64,000 nt of DNA from Escherichia phage LHE83. The stretch lies in sequence record OQ561750. One strand, given 5' to 3'. Both the position numbers and the translations under genes were made by a program. Below the pieces are notes generated by a model. The model was not told the origin of the DNA. It ran no database searches and saw only the letters and a program-made list of their open reading frames with translations. Of the stretch, positions 47,837 to 59,057 are shown in pieces; positions within the stretch are counted from its first letter, which is position 1, and every line of letters begins with the position of its first letter.

Positions 47837-48454
47837 ATGACTTGGATTAATCGTCAGGCTAATAATATTAAGCCGTTTTCGTACATAGGTTCTAAAACTA
47901 ATTGTACTTTTGAAAATGGCGTGATTATTGACTGTAAAGGTAAAGAGTATTGGACCTCTTGCGAGCAATCAAGATTTAAAGAGGCCATCGAAGAAGAAAA
48001 ACCTATTGTTGAAATTTTGGCTATAACGCCATTTGATATTGTTATTAATATTGAACGTTCAGAACAATTGGAAGTTCAAGCTAGAGATAATGATGATTAT
48101 TTTAATTTGGTTTATGCCGGTGGCGGATTTGGAGTCTTTGGATGCACTCACCCAGCCAAACGTCCTGAAGTTAGAGCCCATATGAAAGCTGCTAACTATA
48201 TGAATCAACCCGATTACCGTCCTTGGAAAACTTCTAGAGCAAACCCTTTAGATTGGATGCTTAGTGATATTGCTTATACTAATTATTGTATAATTAATTC
48301 TAGTGGAAGAGCTTGTGGATGGAGGCGTCTCATTAACTCTGGTATAAATGTTAGTGAAACTACATCAAAGAGTATGATTAAACAATTTAATGAGGGTTGG
48401 GTTCCTAATGATGACCCTGAATTCATTAAGTTAAAAATGCTTTATTCGAAGTGA
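47837..48454 (+). CDS. hypothetical protein in AT-rich insert at the segG position (possible mobile/homing-endonuclease-related gene)
   Basis: Lies between 59 and 32 where T4 has segG; AT-rich; YIGSKT-like motif; no SD. Confidence 0.4.
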   Translation: MTWINRQANNIKPFSYIGSKTNCTFENGVIIDCKGKEYWTSCEQSRFKEAIEEEKPIVEILAITPFDIVINIERSEQLEVQARDNDDYFNLVYAGGGFGVFGCTHPAKRPEVRAHMKAANYMNQPDYRPWKTSRANPLDWMLSDIAYTNYCIINSSGRACGWRRLINSGINVSETTSKSMIKQFNEGWVPNDDPEFIKLKMLYSK

Positions 48455-48552
48455 TATATAATTACTTCATCTTCAAAACCTAGTTATCAAGGTAAACGTG
48501 ATAACAACAACTGTTAATAAATTTATTAAATATATCAAATAAGGTAAATAAT

Positions 48553-49464
48553 ATGTCTATGTTTAAACGCCGTAATCCTGCTGAACTTGCTGCTCAACTG
48601 TCTGCAATGAAAGGCGGCTCTTCTTTCTCGTCTGATGACAAATCCGAATGGAAATTGAAAGATGACAATGGCGTAGGAACCGCAGTTATTCGATTCCTTC
48701 CTTCGAAAAACGAAGCTAATCCATCCCCATTCGTTAAGCTTGTTAACCATGGTTTTAAGAAAAATGGTCAGTGGTATATCGAATCATGTACGTCTACTCA
48801 TGGTGATTTCGATTCATGTCCTGTATGTAAATACATGAACCAGAATGATACCTTTAATACTAATAATGCCGAATACAAACTGATGAAACGTAAAACTTCC
48901 TTCTGGGCTAACATCCTTGTTATTAAGGATAGTGCAGTACCTGCTAACGAAGGTAAAGTGTTTAAATTCCGTTTCGGTCAGAAAATTATGGATAAAATCA
49001 ACCAGATGGTTGAAGTTGATACTGATATTGGTGAAGTGCCGGTTGACGTAACATGTCCGTTTGATGGTGCGAACTTCGTACTGAAATCTAAGAAAGTTGG
49101 CGACTTCAAGAACTACGACGATTCCAAATTCATGGGTCAGTCTGAAATTCCTAACATCAATGATGAAGCTTACCAAGCTAAATTGATGGAAGAAATGCAC
49201 GACCTTTCTAAACTGCTCGATTTCAAATCATTCGAAACTAACGAAGCTAAGTTTAAGAAAGTTGTTGGTACAGCTGCTCTTGGTGGTGCTGCCGCTAAAG
49301 CTTCTGCAGCCGCTGATAAGATTGGTGATGACCTGGACGCATTCAGTGCAGACCTTGATGCATATGACTCCAAACCATCTACACCGACTCGTTCCACTAC
49401 TCCTGAGCCGTCAGTAAGTCCTTCTGATGACGATGGTCTGGACGACCTGTTAGCTGGTCTATAA
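48553..49464 (+). CDS. 32: ssDNA-binding protein gp32
   Basis: [12 protein letters not shown]...VIRFLPSKN...[10 protein letters not shown]...; acidic C-terminus. Confidence 0.95.
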   Translation: MSMFKRRNPAELAAQLSAMKGGSSFSSDDKSEWKLKDDNGVGTAVIRFLPSKNEANPSPFVKLVNHGFKKNGQWYIESCTSTHGDFDSCPVCKYMNQNDTFNTNNAEYKLMKRKTSFWANILVIKDSAVPANEGKVFKFRFGQKIMDKINQMVEVDTDIGEVPVDVTCPFDGANFVLKSKKVGDFKNYDDSKFMGQSEIPNINDEAYQAKLMEEMHDLSKLLDFKSFETNEAKFKKVVGTAALGGAAAKASAAADKIGDDLDAFSADLDAYDSKPSTPTRSTTPEPSVSPSDDDGLDDLLAGL

Positions 49465-49480
49465 GTTATTGATTTATAAT

Positions 49481-49505
49481 GGGAAGACTTCGGTCTTCCC
49501 TTTTT
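49481..49505 (+). terminator. intrinsic terminator after gene 32 (GGGAAGAC-UUCG-GUCUUCCC + U5)
   Basis: 8-bp stem, UUCG loop, T-run. Confidence 0.85.
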
Positions 49506-49516
49506 GGCATTTAACG

Positions 49517-49545
49517 GTTTACAATGCCTTTAAACGTGATACTAT
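49517..49545 (+). promoter_or_regulatory. early promoter (GTTTAC, 17 bp, TGaTACTAT)
   Basis: Hexamers/spacing; CCTATCAAC follows. Confidence 0.7.
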
Positions 49546-49573
49546 AGACCTATCAACTACATGAGGAAATAAA

Positions 49574-49963
49574 ATGGAAATCGGTAAAACTTATGAACTT
49601 CGTCCTGAATGCATTAAAGACTTTATTGAAATGGACGAATATGAAAATAATAAAAGCATGGTCAACCTTATCCAAGACAACGGAGGTTGGTTTGAAGTAA
49701 AGGATATGTTGACTATGGATGGCGACAAATTTGTGACTGAAATCGAATGTGCTAACGGCGAGATTTATAATGCATTTGGGTTGGTGCCAAATTATTTTGA
49801 GTTGCATGAAGATGAGTTCTATTGCTTCCGTGAATATGTTGTGGAAGATAAAGAAATCGATGAGCCTATTGCTAAGGCCGGTGTGACTCAAATCCATTGC
49901 ATTGTCACCGAACAGAACGTTGACCAAATCATTGAACTTTTGCAAAAAACTTTTAAGGCCTAA
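49574..49963 (+). CDS. hypothetical protein (frd.x-type), paralog of 50576-50953
   Basis: GKTYEL...YFEL...TQIHC...LLQKTFKA. Confidence 0.55.
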   Translation: MEIGKTYELRPECIKDFIEMDEYENNKSMVNLIQDNGGWFEVKDMLTMDGDKFVTEIECANGEIYNAFGLVPNYFELHEDEFYCFREYVVEDKEIDEPIAKAGVTQIHCIVTEQNVDQIIELLQKTFKA

Positions 49964-49964
49964 T

Positions 49965-50225
49965 ATGACTAAAGATGATTTCCTGGATGCAGTAGAAAAA
50001 GCCAGTGAGAAATTTGAAGTGATGGGTGTACGGGTTCATAAAGACCGAAATTACGGGCTCGATATCCAAACTTATTCATTATGGCTTGTAGGTGAACATA
50101 GTCTTGTAACCACCTTAGTTATGGGTGTTGATGCCCAACCTTTACTGGTTAAATTTAGAAGTATGGAAAAAGCTACCAAAGAAATGATTAAACTTGGTAA
50201 ATGGCTTGATAAAATTCAAAAATAA
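49965..50225 (+). CDS. hypothetical protein
   Basis: ORF. Confidence 0.5.
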   Translation: MTKDDFLDAVEKASEKFEVMGVRVHKDRNYGLDIQTYSLWLVGEHSLVTTLVMGVDAQPLLVKFRSMEKATKEMIKLGKWLDKIQK

Positions 50226-50227
50226 AT

Positions 50228-50256
50228 GTTTACAACGCCTTTAAACATGATACTAT
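50228..50256 (+). promoter_or_regulatory. early promoter (GTTTAC, 17 bp, TGaTACTAT)
   Basis: Near-identical to promoter at 49517. Confidence 0.7.
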
Positions 50257-50288
50257 AGACCTATCAACTAATGAGTGAGGAAAATAAA

Positions 50289-50516
50289 ATGGCTAAGGTT
50301 AATATTGATATCGTTGATTTTGAATACACTTACGAAGTTATCCGTAATCGTTATCCTTCTTTAGTTATGACCCATATTAAAGATACCCAATTCTGTAGTA
50401 TGCAAATTGAAGTCCAAGGTCCTCTTGAAGACCTTACCCGCTTTATGGCTGACGAGTATTGTGACGGTATGCACCCGGAAGACGCTAAATTTTATATGGG
50501 CTTGATTCAAGCTTAG
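50289..50516 (+). CDS. hypothetical protein
   Basis: SD GAGGA. Confidence 0.5.
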   Translation: MAKVNIDIVDFEYTYEVIRNRYPSLVMTHIKDTQFCSMQIEVQGPLEDLTRFMADEYCDGMHPEDAKFYMGLIQA

Positions 50517-50575
50517 TGTACAAACCAACGGGAACATATTATCATGTTCCCTCAATTGAATATGAGGAAATTAAA

Positions 50576-50953
50576 ATGATGGAAACTGGTAAATTTTACG
50601 TATTAGACCCTGCCGCTAAAAAACAATTCATCGCGGGTAGTCCTGATGATAATTATAATTCGTGCATAGTCAAGTTGATGGAACAGCATGGCAATTCCTT
50701 CAAAGTCCTGGATATGTGTTATATTGAAGGCAGTTATTTTGTTGAAAAAGTTGAAATGAAAGATGGTACCATCCTGAATAGTATGGGCGGTGCTGATGAG
50801 TACTTTGAACTCGGTGAATGGGAATTCTGTCACTTCCTGGAAGTTGATGGCGATGTTCCTGATGTTGATACCCAAACCATTCATGTACAAGTCAATCACA
50901 AAAATGCCGCTGAAGTCATTGCCCTGATTAAAGCAACTTTTGATATTCAGTAA
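50576..50953 (+). CDS. hypothetical protein, paralog of 49574-49963
   Basis: GKFYVL...YFEL...TQTIHV...LIKATFDIQ; SD GAGGA. Confidence 0.55.
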   Translation: MMETGKFYVLDPAAKKQFIAGSPDDNYNSCIVKLMEQHGNSFKVLDMCYIEGSYFVEKVEMKDGTILNSMGGADEYFELGEWEFCHFLEVDGDVPDVDTQTIHVQVNHKNAAEVIALIKATFDIQ

Positions 50954-51029
50954 AAAGTAGTATACACCCAAATGGGGCTATGATATAATGGTCCCATACT
51001 GAGATAACAACTAAACACCGGAGAATAAA

Positions 51030-52712
<1,683 letters not shown>

Positions 52713-52840
52713 AAATTCAAATAATCTGTACTCTGTTTTTGGTTATTATGGTCGGACTGAATTTCATTCTATAAATATCAGTCCATGCTTAACAGGTTCT
52801 ATGATAGAATAATTGTAGAACCTAACACATTGAGGAAATT

Positions 52841-55096
52841 ATGCAAGTACAAAAAAGTAGTGGTGTATCCCAAGATTTTGACGCACAAAAAATTATTAAA
52901 GTTCTGACTTGGGGCTGTGAAGGAACCCAAATCGACCCCTATGAATTATACGAAGAAATCAAATCTCACCTTCGTGATGGTATGACTACCAAAGATATCC
53001 AGAATCTGACTGTTAAGGTCGCAGCCAACCTTATTTCGGTTGAAGAACCTGACTATCAGTATGTTGCTGCAAAGCAATTGATGTTTGCACTGCGTAAAGA
53101 AGTTTACGGCCAGTTCGAACCACGTAGCTTTATCGACCATATTTCCTATTGTGTTAACGAAGGTAAATATGACCCTGAATTGTTGTCTCGATATTCTGCA
53201 GAAGAAATTACTTTCTTAGAATCTCATATAAAGCATGAACGCGATTTCGAATTGACTTATGCTGGTGCGATGCAGCTTAAAGAGAAATATCTGGTTAAAG
53301 ATAAAACAACCGGTAAAATCTACGAAACCCCTCAGTTCGCTATCATGTGTATTGGTATGGCCTTACACCAAGACGAGCCAGGTAATCGTTTAGCACATAT
53401 TATTCGTTTTTATGATGCTGTAAGTACCCGTCAGGTTTCATTACCAACTCCTATTATGGCTGGAGCACGTACACCAACCCGTCAATTTAGTTCTTGTGTG
53501 GTTATTGAAGCAGGCGACTCACTGAAATCTATTAACAAAACTGCTAACTCAATAATTGAATACATTTCTAAACGTGCCGGTATTGGTATCAACGTTGGTA
53601 TGATTCGTGCTGAAGGTTCTCGTATTGGCATGGGCGAAGTCAAGCATACCGGTGTTATTCCATTCTGGAAACATTTCCAGACTGCTGTTAAATCATGTTC
53701 ACAAGGTGGAATCCGTGGCGGCGCTGCTACTGCTTATTATCCTATTTGGCATTTGGAAGTTGAAAATCTGCTCGTTCTGAAAAACAACAAAGGTGTCGAT
53801 GAGAACCGTATTCGCCATATGGACTACGGAATCCAGATGAACGACCTTATGATGGAACGTTTCGGTAAAAATGATTACATCACGTTGTTTAGTCCTCATG
53901 AAATGGGTGGTGAGCTTTACTATTCTTATTTCGAAGACCAAGACCGTTTCCGTGAATTGTATGAAGCCGCAGAAAAAGACCCTAGTATTCGTAAGAAACG
54001 TATTAAGGCACGCGACCTTTTCGAATTGTTCATGACTGAACGTTCAGGCACTGCACGAATTTATCCTCAGTTCGTTGATAACACTAACAACTTCACACCA
54101 TTTATTCGTGAAAAAGCTCCTATTCGTCAGAGCAACTTGTGTTGTGAAATTGCTATCCCGACTACTGACGTGAATAGTCCTGACGCTGAAATTGGTTTGT
54201 GTACGTTGTCTGCATTCGTATTGGATAACTTCGATTGGCAGGACCAAGACAAAATCAACGAGCTGGCTGAAGTACAAGTACGTGCACTTGATAACCTGTT
54301 GGACTATCAAGATTATCCTGTTCCTGAAGCTCTGAAGGCTAAGAAACGTCGTAACCTGGGTGTTGGTGTTACGAACTACGCCGCTTGGTTAGCAAGCAAC
54401 TTTGCTTCTTATGAAGACGCTAACGATTTAACTCATGAATTGTTTGAGAGATTACAATATGGACTTATCCGAGCATCCATCAAGCTGGCCGAAGAAAAAG
54501 GACATTGCGAGTATTATTCAGACACTAAATGGTCTCGAGGCGAATTACCTATCGACTGGTACAATAAAAAGATTGACCAAATCGCAGCCCCTAACTATGT
54601 TTGTGACTGGACGTCGTTGCGGGAAGACTTGGCTAAACATGGCATCCGTAATAGCACATTATCAGCACTTATGCCGTGTGAATCAAGCAGCCAGGTTTCC
54701 AACTCTACAAACGGTATCGAACCTCCACGTGGTCCGGTAAGTATTAAAGAATCTAAAGAAGGTAACTTCCGTCAGGTAGTTCCTAATGTAGAACATAACC
54801 AAGGACTCTACGATTACGCTTGGAGCCTCGCTAAGAAAGGTAATAAACCTTATCTTACCCAAGTGGCAATAGCGTTGAAATGGGTGTGTCAATCGGCATC
54901 AGCTAATACATATTATGACCCACAGATTTTTCCAAAAGGAAAAGTTCCGATGTCGGTAATGCTTGACGACCTGCTGTATTTCTGGTACTACGGTGGTAAG
55001 AACCTTTACTATCATAATACCCGTGATGGCTCTGGTACTGATGACTATGAAATCGAAACTCCTAAAGCCGATGATTGTGCAGCTTGTAAATTGTAA
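52841..55096 (+). CDS. nrdA: ribonucleoside-diphosphate reductase alpha subunit
   Basis: 751 aa; ATP-cone, NLCCEI active site. Confidence 0.95.
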   Translation: MQVQKSSGVSQDFDAQKIIKVLTWGCEGTQIDPYELYEEIKSHLRDGMTTKDIQNLTVKVAANLISVEEPDYQYVAAKQLMFALRKEVYGQFEPRSFIDHISYCVNEGKYDPELLSRYSAEEITFLESHIKHERDFELTYAGAMQLKEKYLVKDKTTGKIYETPQFAIMCIGMALHQDEPGNRLAHIIRFYDAVSTRQVSLPTPIMAGARTPTRQFSSCVVIEAGDSLKSINKTANSIIEYISKRAGIGINVGMIRAEGSRIGMGEVKHTGVIPFWKHFQTAVKSCSQGGIRGGAATAYYPIWHLEVENLLVLKNNKGVDENRIRHMDYGIQMNDLMMERFGKNDYITLFSPHEMGGELYYSYFEDQDRFRELYEAAEKDPSIRKKRIKARDLFELFMTERSGTARIYPQFVDNTNNFTPFIREKAPIRQSNLCCEIAIPTTDVNSPDAEIGLCTLSAFVLDNFDWQDQDKINELAEVQVRALDNLLDYQDYPVPEALKAKKRRNLGVGVTNYAAWLASNFASYEDANDLTHELFERLQYGLIRASIKLAEEKGHCEYYSDTKWSRGELPIDWYNKKIDQIAAPNYVCDWTSLREDLAKHGIRNSTLSALMPCESSSQVSNSTNGIEPPRGPVSIKESKEGNFRQVVPNVEHNQGLYDYAWSLAKKGNKPYLTQVAIALKWVCQSASANTYYDPQIFPKGKVPMSVMLDDLLYFWYYGGKNLYYHNTRDGSGTDDYEIETPKADDCAACKL

Positions 55097-55737
55097 TGAA
55101 TTATCAAAAAATCTATAACAACCTAATTTCCCGAGCTCAGGCTCGGGAACCTTTATCTGAATATAAAGAGAATCATCACATAATCCCTAGATGTTTAGGT
55201 GGTTCTGATGATAAGGAAAATCTGGTTTATCTTACTGGGCGCGAGCACTTTATTGCACACTGGCTTCTTACAAAGTTTAATGATTATCCAGGCCTCAACC
55301 AAGCCTTTGGCATGATGTGTCTCACTAATAAAAATAGGCAATATAATGTTTCTTCTAGGTTATACGAAATAGGTAAAAAGCTTTTATCGGAAGCCATGAC
55401 TGGTAAAGAAATGGCTGAAGAGACTAAGAAGAAAATTAGTGAGACTATGAAAGGAAGGGAATTTACCGAAGAGCATTTGGCTCGCATGAGAAAGCCTAAA
55501 ACCGAAGAAGCTAAAAAGAATATAGCTTCTGCCAAAGTTGGTGCGCTTAATCCTATGTATGGTACAATTTCTCCTACAAGAGATGTCCCTCATACTAAAG
55601 AGACATGTGATTTAATTTCTTTGAAGACCAAAGAGAGAACAGACTATCCACCTTGCCCACATTGTGGCAAGAAAGTTAACAAAGGTAATGCTTTAAGATG
55701 GCATTACGATAAATGCAAATTTAAGGATTCTAAATGA
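55096..55737 (+). CDS. mobE: HNH homing endonuclease (MobE-like) with NUMOD-type repeats
   Basis: HHIIPRCLGGSDDKENLVYLTGREHFIAH HNH motif; repeated ...KKNIASAKVG / ETKKKISETMKG; between nrdA and nrdB as T4 mobE. Confidence 0.7.
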   Translation: MNYQKIYNNLISRAQAREPLSEYKENHHIIPRCLGGSDDKENLVYLTGREHFIAHWLLTKFNDYPGLNQAFGMMCLTNKNRQYNVSSRLYEIGKKLLSEAMTGKEMAEETKKKISETMKGREFTEEHLARMRKPKTEEAKKNIASAKVGALNPMYGTISPTRDVPHTKETCDLISLKTKERTDYPPCPHCGKKVNKGNALRWHYDKCKFKDSK

Positions 55738-56912
55738 GTACAGTTTTTAATACCGAACAGGTTGATGTTTTATCAGAACCTATGTTCTTTGGTTCAGGAT
55801 TAGGATTGGCCCGTTATGACATCCAGCGCCATAAAGTATTTGAAGAACTCTGTGAAAAGCAACTCGGATTTTTTTGGAGACCCGAGGAAGTTAACTTGAT
55901 GATGGACGGTGCTCAATTTAATAAGCTTCCACAATTCCAACAAAATATTTTTACCAATAACCTGAAGTATCAATCACTTCTGGATAGTATCCAAGGACGT
56001 GCTCCTTCTGCTGCACTTCAAGCCTTGATTTCAGACCCTAGCCTTGATACATGGGTGGCTACATGGACCTTTAGTGAGACTATTCACTCTCGTTCATATA
56101 CCCATATCATGCGTAACCTCTATACAGACCCGTCAAAGGTATTTGATGAAATTCTGTTAGATGACGCTATTATGAAACGTGCTGAATCTATTGGTCGTTA
56201 TTACGACGACGTTATTGAGAAAACTCGCTATTGGCAGAATGCTAAAGCTGATATCGAATACCAAAAAGAAATTAATGCAGACGAAGACGATATTGAAGAT
56301 GCTATTGAGCATGAGATGTATTGGAAGCGTGAGCTAATGAAATCCCTTTACCTTTGCCTTCATGTAATCAACGCATTGGAAGCTATTCGTTTTTATGTAT
56401 CTTTCGCATGCACCTTTAACTTCCATAAAAACATGGAAATCATGGAAGGTAATGCTAAGATTATGAAGTTCATTGCACGTGATGAACAGCTTCACCTTAA
56501 GGGTACCCAGTACATTATTCGTCAACTTCAACTTGGTACTGATGGTGATGAATGGGTTAAAATTGCTCAAGAGTGTGAACAAGAAGCAGTTGATATTTTC
56601 ATGGAAGTTAACCGTCAAGAAAAAGAATGGGCAGCTCACCTGTTCAAAGATGGTACTTGCCCTGGATTAAATACTCAGAACATGGGTGCTTTTGTCGATT
56701 ACCTGACAGTTTCTCGTATGAAGCAATGTGGCTTACCGTGTCCTATTACCGATGCTCCTGCCCGCCATCCTTATCCTTGGATTCGCGAATACCTGAACTC
56801 TGATGCTGTACAGGCTGCTCCTCAGGAAGTGGAAATCAGTTCTTACCTTGTAGCACAAATTGATAACGATGTCGATGAAAAAGTAATGGCATCGTACAAG
56901 AAATATTTTTAA
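55734..56912 (+). CDS. nrdB: ribonucleoside-diphosphate reductase beta subunit (intron-less)
   Basis: 392 aa; di-iron ligands, continuous ORF. Confidence 0.9.
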   Translation: MSTVFNTEQVDVLSEPMFFGSGLGLARYDIQRHKVFEELCEKQLGFFWRPEEVNLMMDGAQFNKLPQFQQNIFTNNLKYQSLLDSIQGRAPSAALQALISDPSLDTWVATWTFSETIHSRSYTHIMRNLYTDPSKVFDEILLDDAIMKRAESIGRYYDDVIEKTRYWQNAKADIEYQKEINADEDDIEDAIEHEMYWKRELMKSLYLCLHVINALEAIRFYVSFACTFNFHKNMEIMEGNAKIMKFIARDEQLHLKGTQYIIRQLQLGTDGDEWVKIAQECEQEAVDIFMEVNRQEKEWAAHLFKDGTCPGLNTQNMGAFVDYLTVSRMKQCGLPCPITDAPARHPYPWIREYLNSDAVQAAPQEVEISSYLVAQIDNDVDEKVMASYKKYF

Positions 56913-56917
56913 GGAAT

Positions 56918-56931
56918 GGGGCTTCGGCCCC
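56918..56931 (+). other. GGGGC-UUCG-GCCCC hairpin between the SD (AAGGA) and start codon of denA
   Basis: Perfect stem/tetraloop 9 nt upstream of ATG at 56940. Confidence 0.6.
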
Positions 56932-56939
56932 TTATTGCT

Positions 56940-57353
56940 ATGAAAGAAATCGCAGACGAATTTAGCTTTATCAAGTACGTCACCCTAGAACTCCAAGATG
57001 ACGCCAGCATTGCTCCACTCACAGTACCAAATAAACAAAATGTCATATATGCTATAGCGGTTGATGATATACTAGTCTACATCGGGAAGACTAAAAATCT
57101 TCGTAAGCGCATCAACTACTACCGAACCGCTATTAATCGTAAGGACCAAACGTCAGATTCGACCAAGTCCATTCTGATTCATGAAGCATTAATGGCAGGT
57201 AAAAAGGTAGAGTTCTATGCACGGCAGTGCTTTAATCTGTCGATGACTAACGAACTTGGAACTATGTCAGTTGAGACCATGTCTCTTGAAGAGCCAATGT
57301 TCATAAAGAAATTTAATCCACCTTGGAATACCCAACATAGGATAAAGCAATGA
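56940..57353 (+). CDS. denA: endonuclease II (GIY-YIG family)
   Basis: MKEIADEFSFIKY...VIYAIAVDDILVYIGKTKNLRKRINYYR matches T4 EndoII. Confidence 0.85.
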   Translation: MKEIADEFSFIKYVTLELQDDASIAPLTVPNKQNVIYAIAVDDILVYIGKTKNLRKRINYYRTAINRKDQTSDSTKSILIHEALMAGKKVEFYARQCFNLSMTNELGTMSVETMSLEEPMFIKKFNPPWNTQHRIKQ

Positions 57354-58498
57354 TTGAATTATATGATAACTTGATGGCCCTGGTTAAAAACTCGACTAAA
57401 TCTAAGTTCTTCTTTAAAGACTTTCAGAGTGCGCTAGGAGTCAACTATCGCATCTTTAGTTATAACTATGCATCGTACAGTGATTGGTTGGAAGACGGCG
57501 CACTAGAGTGCCGAGGCATTATGTTTGAAATGGACGAGAACGGTCCAGTACGTATTGCTGCTCGTCCTATGCAAAAGTTCTTTAACCTTGACGAAAACCC
57601 TCTGACCATCGGTCTAGATTTGTCACCAGAAAATATTGACCTCGTAATGGCTAAGGAAGATGGTTCTCTGATTTCTACATTCATGGACCGACAGTATCTT
57701 TCTGTTAAATCTAAAGGCTCTATCCATTCATCAATGGTGCATGATTCTTTACGGTTCCTTCGTCTCCCTGAGAACGAGGCCTTTGCCGCACGTCTAGAAG
57801 AAATCACCAAAGCTGGGTATACCTGCAACCTTGAATATGTAGCACCTACCAACCGTATCGTTCTGGCTTACCAAGAAACAAACCTCATCCTGTTGAACGT
57901 TCGTAATAATGAAACAGGTGAATATATTCCGTATGCTGAATTGTTTAAAGATGGTGCCCTGCGTAAGCATTTGGTTGAAAGCTATGACCTCGCTGAAGGT
58001 GATTTCGTAGAAAACATCCGTAAGAAGGAAGGCATTGAAGGTTTCATCTTTGTACTGAAAGATGGTACGTTCTTTAAACTCAAAACCGCCTGGTACAGTG
58101 CACTGCATCATACCAAAGATTCCATTAACAACAACGAACGTTTGTTTGAAGTTGTAGTGGCTGGTGGAACTGATGACCTTCGTGGTCTGTTCAGTACAGA
58201 TTCCTTTGCTATCGAGAAAATCGATGCCTTTGAACGCATCCATTTAGATTACCTAGAACAATCATTAGCCTTGTTAGAAGCAGCTTACTCTCAACTCAAA
58301 GGTCGCGACCGTAAAGACTATGCCGTTACTGGACAGCTAATCCTTAAGGACTTCCCAGGGTTGTTCTCTATTCTTATGCAGGCGTACGTAGGTGGTATTA
58401 ATTACGATACGGTTGTAGACCAGATTAACTCTGTGTTCTTGAAAAATCATAAGGCCCAAATCCCTGAAAAATATTTGAAAGAAATTGTGGTAGAGTAG
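57350..58498 (+). CDS. rnlA: RNA ligase 1
   Basis: FFFKDF...YRIFSYNYASYSDW...ECRGIMFE matches T4 RnlA (gene 63). Confidence 0.85.
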   Translation: MIELYDNLMALVKNSTKSKFFFKDFQSALGVNYRIFSYNYASYSDWLEDGALECRGIMFEMDENGPVRIAARPMQKFFNLDENPLTIGLDLSPENIDLVMAKEDGSLISTFMDRQYLSVKSKGSIHSSMVHDSLRFLRLPENEAFAARLEEITKAGYTCNLEYVAPTNRIVLAYQETNLILLNVRNNETGEYIPYAELFKDGALRKHLVESYDLAEGDFVENIRKKEGIEGFIFVLKDGTFFKLKTAWYSALHHTKDSINNNERLFEVVVAGGTDDLRGLFSTDSFAIEKIDAFERIHLDYLEQSLALLEAAYSQLKGRDRKDYAVTGQLILKDFPGLFSILMQAYVGGINYDTVVDQINSVFLKNHKAQIPEKYLKEIVVE

Positions 58499-58526
58499 TT
58501 TACATCTCCTCATGATGTGTTAGTAT
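58498..58526 (+). promoter_or_regulatory. early promoter (GTTTAC, 17 bp, TGtTAGTAT) with 9-bp inverted repeat sequestering SD
   Basis: Arms TCTCCTCAT 58505-58513 / ATGAGGAGA 58541-58549. Confidence 0.7.
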
Positions 58527-58556
58527 AGACTTACCAACTAATGAGGAGAAAACAAA

Positions 58557-59057
58557 ATGAATATGCAAATGATTACTAACGAAATGGTTGTTAAGGCTTT
58601 TGGTGACTCTACTGACGGTATCCAAGTTTTTAAAGGTTCTCGTGCAGTAGGTTACCTGACCGATCTTCGTGTTACTTTAGCCAAAAATGCTAAAAAGAAA
58701 ATCAAGCAAAAAGAATACTCTACCCGTTATGCTGAAGAAAAGCGTGAAGCCATGCCTGAAGCTGTCAACTCTATGGTTGAGTTTCTCCAAAACAACCTTT
58801 CCAAGTACGATGCCGAGGTATTCATTAACATCAGCCAGCCTAATGTTAAAATCTCAGGCATCACGTTCTATTTGATTTGCGACCCATTAAGCGACAAGTT
58901 TAATCGCCTTGGCATTTCAAGTCCTTACCATACCGCTGAAGAATTGTGTTTTATGTTCGAAACGTACAAAATTCAGTGTGAAAATCCTAAAACAGTTCTT
59001 ATTAATTCCCTGTCACGTGATGACATCATCGAGATTATTACCAAATGTCTAAATTAA
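58557..59057 (+). CDS. alc: Alc-like protein (transcription terminator on cytosine-DNA)
   Basis: 166 aa, position downstream of rnlA as in T4. Confidence 0.6.
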   Translation: MNMQMITNEMVVKAFGDSTDGIQVFKGSRAVGYLTDLRVTLAKNAKKKIKQKEYSTRYAEEKREAMPEAVNSMVEFLQNNLSKYDAEVFINISQPNVKISGITFYLICDPLSDKFNRLGISSPYHTAEELCFMFETYKIQCENPKTVLINSLSRDDIIEIITKCLN

